Origin: Vicugna vicugna | Taxonomy: Eukaryota | Assembly: GCA_013265495.1 (NCBI GenBank) | Contig: MU058337.1 | Coordinates: 1,604,777 to 1,668,776 of the forward strand | Length of the DNA: 64,000 nucleotides | Reading direction: 5' to 3' | In this document: positions 59,611 through 64,000 of the stretch, piece after piece | Position numbering within the stretch: the stretch's first letter is position 1 | How the letters are laid out: the number at the start of each line of letters is the position of its first letter | Made by a program: the position numbers and the translations under genes | Notes under the pieces: generated by a model | What the model was told of the DNA's origin: nothing | The model's database searches: none | The model's input: only the letters and a program-made list of their open reading frames with translations

Positions 59611-62600
59611 GAATATTTAAAAAACCCTTGATTATGATATATATATTTTTTTAACTGGAAAAGATCTAAATGTCAGGCACTGGTATATGGCTTGAATTGT
59701 TAAGATCTGAGACTGCTGGTTCTTGGAAGTGTGATATAAAATGCTGTAAGTGGTATGCTGCTGAAAATTAGGTTTATTGATTTGGTATTGTCAAGAAATA
59801 TAACACCTCCAAACATAGGCAGACAAGTGAGATCCCCCACTGGCAGGTGTGGGTGCAACTGCATGATTTTCTAGCACCGAAACACACAAAAAGCCAGCAG
59901 TGTTGATGCCAGTGTAAATGATATTGAAAGTAACCTTTTCTTTTTCCAAGCCCATTGGGTAGGAAATACGCGTCCACCTGTGACCCCCCACCTTGTGTGT
60001 TTACAATGCATACGGCAGTTCTTAATGGCATATGGGAGACAGTGGATGTCTGTCCATTCTTTTGCTACTAGGGTTCCACGAGTATGCAGTAAGATCTTGA
60101 TTTATTTTGGGCTCAGGAAGAGGGGGATAGTAACTAGGAGCTGTGATTTCAGGGTTCAGGACAAAAGAGCAGCACCAGGGAGAGTGGATCAGAGATGACC
60201 AAGAGGAAAGGTCTGGAAATGTACTTACGGGCTTCCTGGGGTGCTCAGGGCTTTTACTGCTCCCAGCCCAATATGGCCTTCAGACTAACACAGCTGTCCT
60301 CTCATGGCAGGAATTATGTTTGAGAATCTGGTGGGAGTTTGTGGGTTTTCAGGATATTGATGTTGTTTGTAACCTCTTATATTTTTCCATCCCTTACTTA
60401 GCTGGGATTGTGCTGTAAAATATTTTTCACTGATTAAATTACTAAACTATGAAAAAGATACAAGTTTAACATATTTAACTACTAGGTTTAGCTGTAAAAC
60501 ATTTTAAAACCATATGTTAGCACAGTTAATATCACCGTAAGAGCTACTGTATTTTCAAGGTTAGAAGAGCCAAGATATTTGTTACTGTTATTTTGCCTGA
60601 ACATAGTTACTGGCCCTTTAAGAATTACACTTTAAAATCATCTAGATAAATTGATTTCCTATCTTTTGGTATTAATTAAAGAGTATTTCTGGCATTATGA
60701 GAAGCAGGCAAGGAATAGGTCTCAATTTTTAAAGTGAAATCTGCCTGTTCTGGTAGTATTTGATATTATCTTATCTGTTACCAAAAAGTGGGTGAGTTTG
60801 TTACTAACCAGTTCGGTTATTTCCACACGATGGTAACTTTCTGAAATCTTGCCCTGAAACAAGTCTTAATTGACAAGCACAGGATGGTGTCATGGACGCT
60901 GGATACGGAGCTCTCTCTGGTGCTGGGACATCTCACGGGGTCTCCTTCCCTCTCACCCCAAGGACTGGCAGTCCCTGACCTGCCCCAGGGAGGTCCCCTG
61001 CCCTCGGCTGTTTCCCCACAGCCTGCTCTCAGCAGGACTTTTGTCACCCCGGATTATTCTCCTCTGAGCCAACTCTTCCTTTGCACGTATTTATTTATTT
61101 CATGTTTTTGAGTATCCATTTCGAGTTTGATCTCAATTGGTGGCTTGAGGAAAAAGCAAAACTTTTCTCTTTTGCTGAAACTGATTCCCCACGTGGAGAC
61201 GGCTGTGTTGGTGCCCAGGGTGGCATCCCCTCTGGGGCCACAGTGTCGTGAGCTTTAAGGAAAAGACTTGACTTTGGATGGCAGTCAGAAGACAGCCATC
61301 CACCGCGATTATTTACTCCCTGGTTTTCTACTGATCAGTCCATTTGCTGCTCTGGCCAGACATTCTCTGGATCATAGAGACCAGTGCCTCAGAATTCAAA
61401 CAACTGGCTCACATGCAAAAAAACACCCAACTTCTTAAACAAAAATGTCTCAAATGTGACACGCACCAACAGTTACAGAAAGTAGAAAGTCTTTTTTTTT
61501 TTTTTCCACCATGTTTCAAGGTTGTCATCTACCATTTGCTCAGCTCTTTTGAAAGATACTCGGATATCAGGCTTCAAAAGCATTTCAATCTGTTACCGTT
61601 GTCTATTTCTGGAAAAATATTTCATCTAGGAGAATTAACATACATTTGCTTTAGTTACATATTAAACCATTAAAAAATATACAGGATTAATATCTAGACT
61701 CTCAACAGATATTCTTAAGATAGAAACTAAAATTAATCCAATTAATCCAAGATTCTAACCCAGAGTTATCAAAGCTAATGGAATAGGTGTTTGGTATTCA
61801 TAGTAATTTATCAGCAGGTAGAACCACCATTAAATTCACTAATAGCTTTAGTTTTAAGCTATAAATTAAATGTTTTCAAGCTAATTAGGTCTATAACCTC
61901 TTCTTTTATTCATATTTCTTTATTGTTGATTACAAATTTTTCATCCTAAGGGTAAAAATAACATCACTCATTTGCAACACCTTCCTTCCTTTAAATAAAC
62001 TATTTTCTAATATTACCTCAAACACCTTTAACTTTTTTGTTCTTTGTACTCTTTTCCAAACAAATGCAGGGAAGTCTCCTGCCTCCTAAGTGTTGAGAAG
62101 GGACTCTGTAATGCTGCAGAATGTTCTCTTTGGCCATCACCAGCCTTACATCTCACTGTTAATCTTTCCTAAGAAAAACAAGTCTTTCCTCTTGAAAGCT
62201 TGGGACTTTTAAAAATAACAACCACAAAGTGATTTAATGTGCTCAATGCTCATCATAAATGATTTGTTTTCCTGAGTCCTACTGTGTCTTTTCTTGAAGA
62301 ACAAGGAGAAAGGGGCAAGTCTGTACTGTGATCCACCCACCCAGGACCCAATCGTTTGCACTAAATTAACACTTCCTGTGGAGATTTTACTAATTCTCTA
62401 CACAGTGACCCAGTTCCTAGGACTGTTCTTAAAAAAAGCAAAAAAACAAAAAACAAAAAAAAACAAGCCTCTCATGGGCTGGGCTGAAGCAGGAACAAAA
62501 AGCTAAACTCTGTTTAAAATCTGGATGCTTTGGCCCATGAACCTTCATCCTTTACCCCCGCAGGCTTGCCTAAAAGTCATAATGACCAAGAATTGACTCC

Positions 62601-63429
62601 CACTGCCACGCATGAACACAAGCCGATGGAGGCTGACTTTCAAGAAGCTGGACTATGATTATGTTGTTACCAAGAAACCAGAAGAAATTCTTCTTTGTGC
62701 ATGAGGAGGTGGTGTAAGATGCTGGTCAACGACTCGTCTATACCTGTCCATGTTATTTGGGTCTTTGGAGTAGGACGACTTTGGCAAGGGTCTTTGTGCA
62801 ATTAAAATCCCATTGAAAACAAGAGAAAGGCTAATGTACACTCACACAGATGTGTGTACACCCACATGTACACACGTCCATGTCCACACACCATGTAGCC
62901 ATAGGTAAACTGAGTGTTGTTATTTCGTTTGCCATCCTTTACTGTTTCAGAGGCTAAGGAATTCTATACCAAGTGATGAATTGGTCTCCAGGCGGTCACG
63001 TCTGGGCTTTAGAGCAGAGGGGACGATCATACTGGAGGCAGTGTTGTTGGGCGCAAGTATGCCTCCCCTTGGGAGCCAGTCTTTGTCTACTCGGTCTATT
63101 GGTGTTATGTCTAACGGTTACCTCCATTTAAGTGGATATCTGCTCTGGAGACCTCACACTGAGCCAAGGTCCAGTCCGGGGCTCCCTGGGAGGAGCTGGA
63201 AGCCTTTATGGAACAAGTAACATTCAAACACTCTGAATAACAACAACAAAAATATTAAGTGAACCAGCTCAGTCTGCTTATTTTGTGCTGCAAGTCCTGG
63301 AGACAGTTGCGGCCACATCAGGGGACAGACGTGCTCACACCAAGATAGCAGATACCACTGAAATGAATGCTCGAAGTTGTTCTTGGAAAACATAACTGAG
63401 TAAGGAAGATGCTTTAAACTAGACAGCAA

Positions 63430-64000
63430 ATCTTGAATCCATAAAAAAACTGATTAGCTTGTCTCAGTGGAAGATTCAAATTCCATGTAAAAAACTACCC
63501 AAAGTCAAAATATAAAAGAACTAGAGACAAACATTGAGGCGTCATGGGAAGCAATGACTATTTATGGTATGCAAAGAGGTTTTGAATGTCTGAAATAAAG
63601 CGCTCTAAGAGAAAAATGGGCAAATGATATGAGGAGGTATTTCAGAGAGTAAAAAATAAGAATATCGAATATATCTAAAATATGCTAAACCTCAGGAAAT
63701 CCAAATCACTACAAAAGACATGTTTGGAGTTGAAAAAGGCAAATATTAATACATAAATTTGATCATATTCTGTTAGGGGTTTGGGGAAACAGGTCCTCCG
63801 ATATGTTATTGGTAGGAAAATTAGTATAAGACTTTTGAAGAGTAATTGGGCAATATTTATTATGATTTAAAATATCCATAATTCTGAACTAGTCCTGCTG
63901 TTCCAATTCTAGGAATGATCCTATAGAAACTCCTGTACAACTGCATGAACAAGAATGTATAAGTTGCAGGAATTGTTCGTAATGGTGGAAGGTTAGGTCC
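63430..64000 (+). mobile_element. Old L1 (L1ME-like) ORF2 C-terminal remnant, runs off the window
   Basis: 'gaaaaatgggcaaatgatatga', 'ggggaaacaggtcctc', 'ttccaattctaggaatgatcctatagaaa'. Confidence 0.75.

Overview
Mammalian, non-coding, repeat-rich genomic DNA. It is most likely camelid (camel/alpaca), judged from multiple tRNA-derived vic-1-type SINEs and artiodactyl-type L1 3' UTRs. I could not support any intact protein-coding exon, and the six-frame ORFs look like noise or transposon remnants. Recognisable content: a decayed RPL23A processed pseudogene (- strand, ~27.3-27.8 kb); a ~1.1 kb fossil of a Penelope-like retroelement reverse transcriptase (~5.96-7.08 kb); an ERV1-type solo LTR carrying a TSD-flanked, poly(A)-tailed insertion made only of 24 in-register heptamer repeats (11.5-11.7 kb); many L1/L2/CR1/MIR/MaLR/hAT/Tigger fragments, several nested, including one twin-primed inverted L1; a perfect 21-bp hairpin; and a CpG-rich, promoter/first-exon-like segment near 54 kb. 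Repeat family names come from recalled consensus similarity, not a database search, and boundaries of old repeats are approximate.
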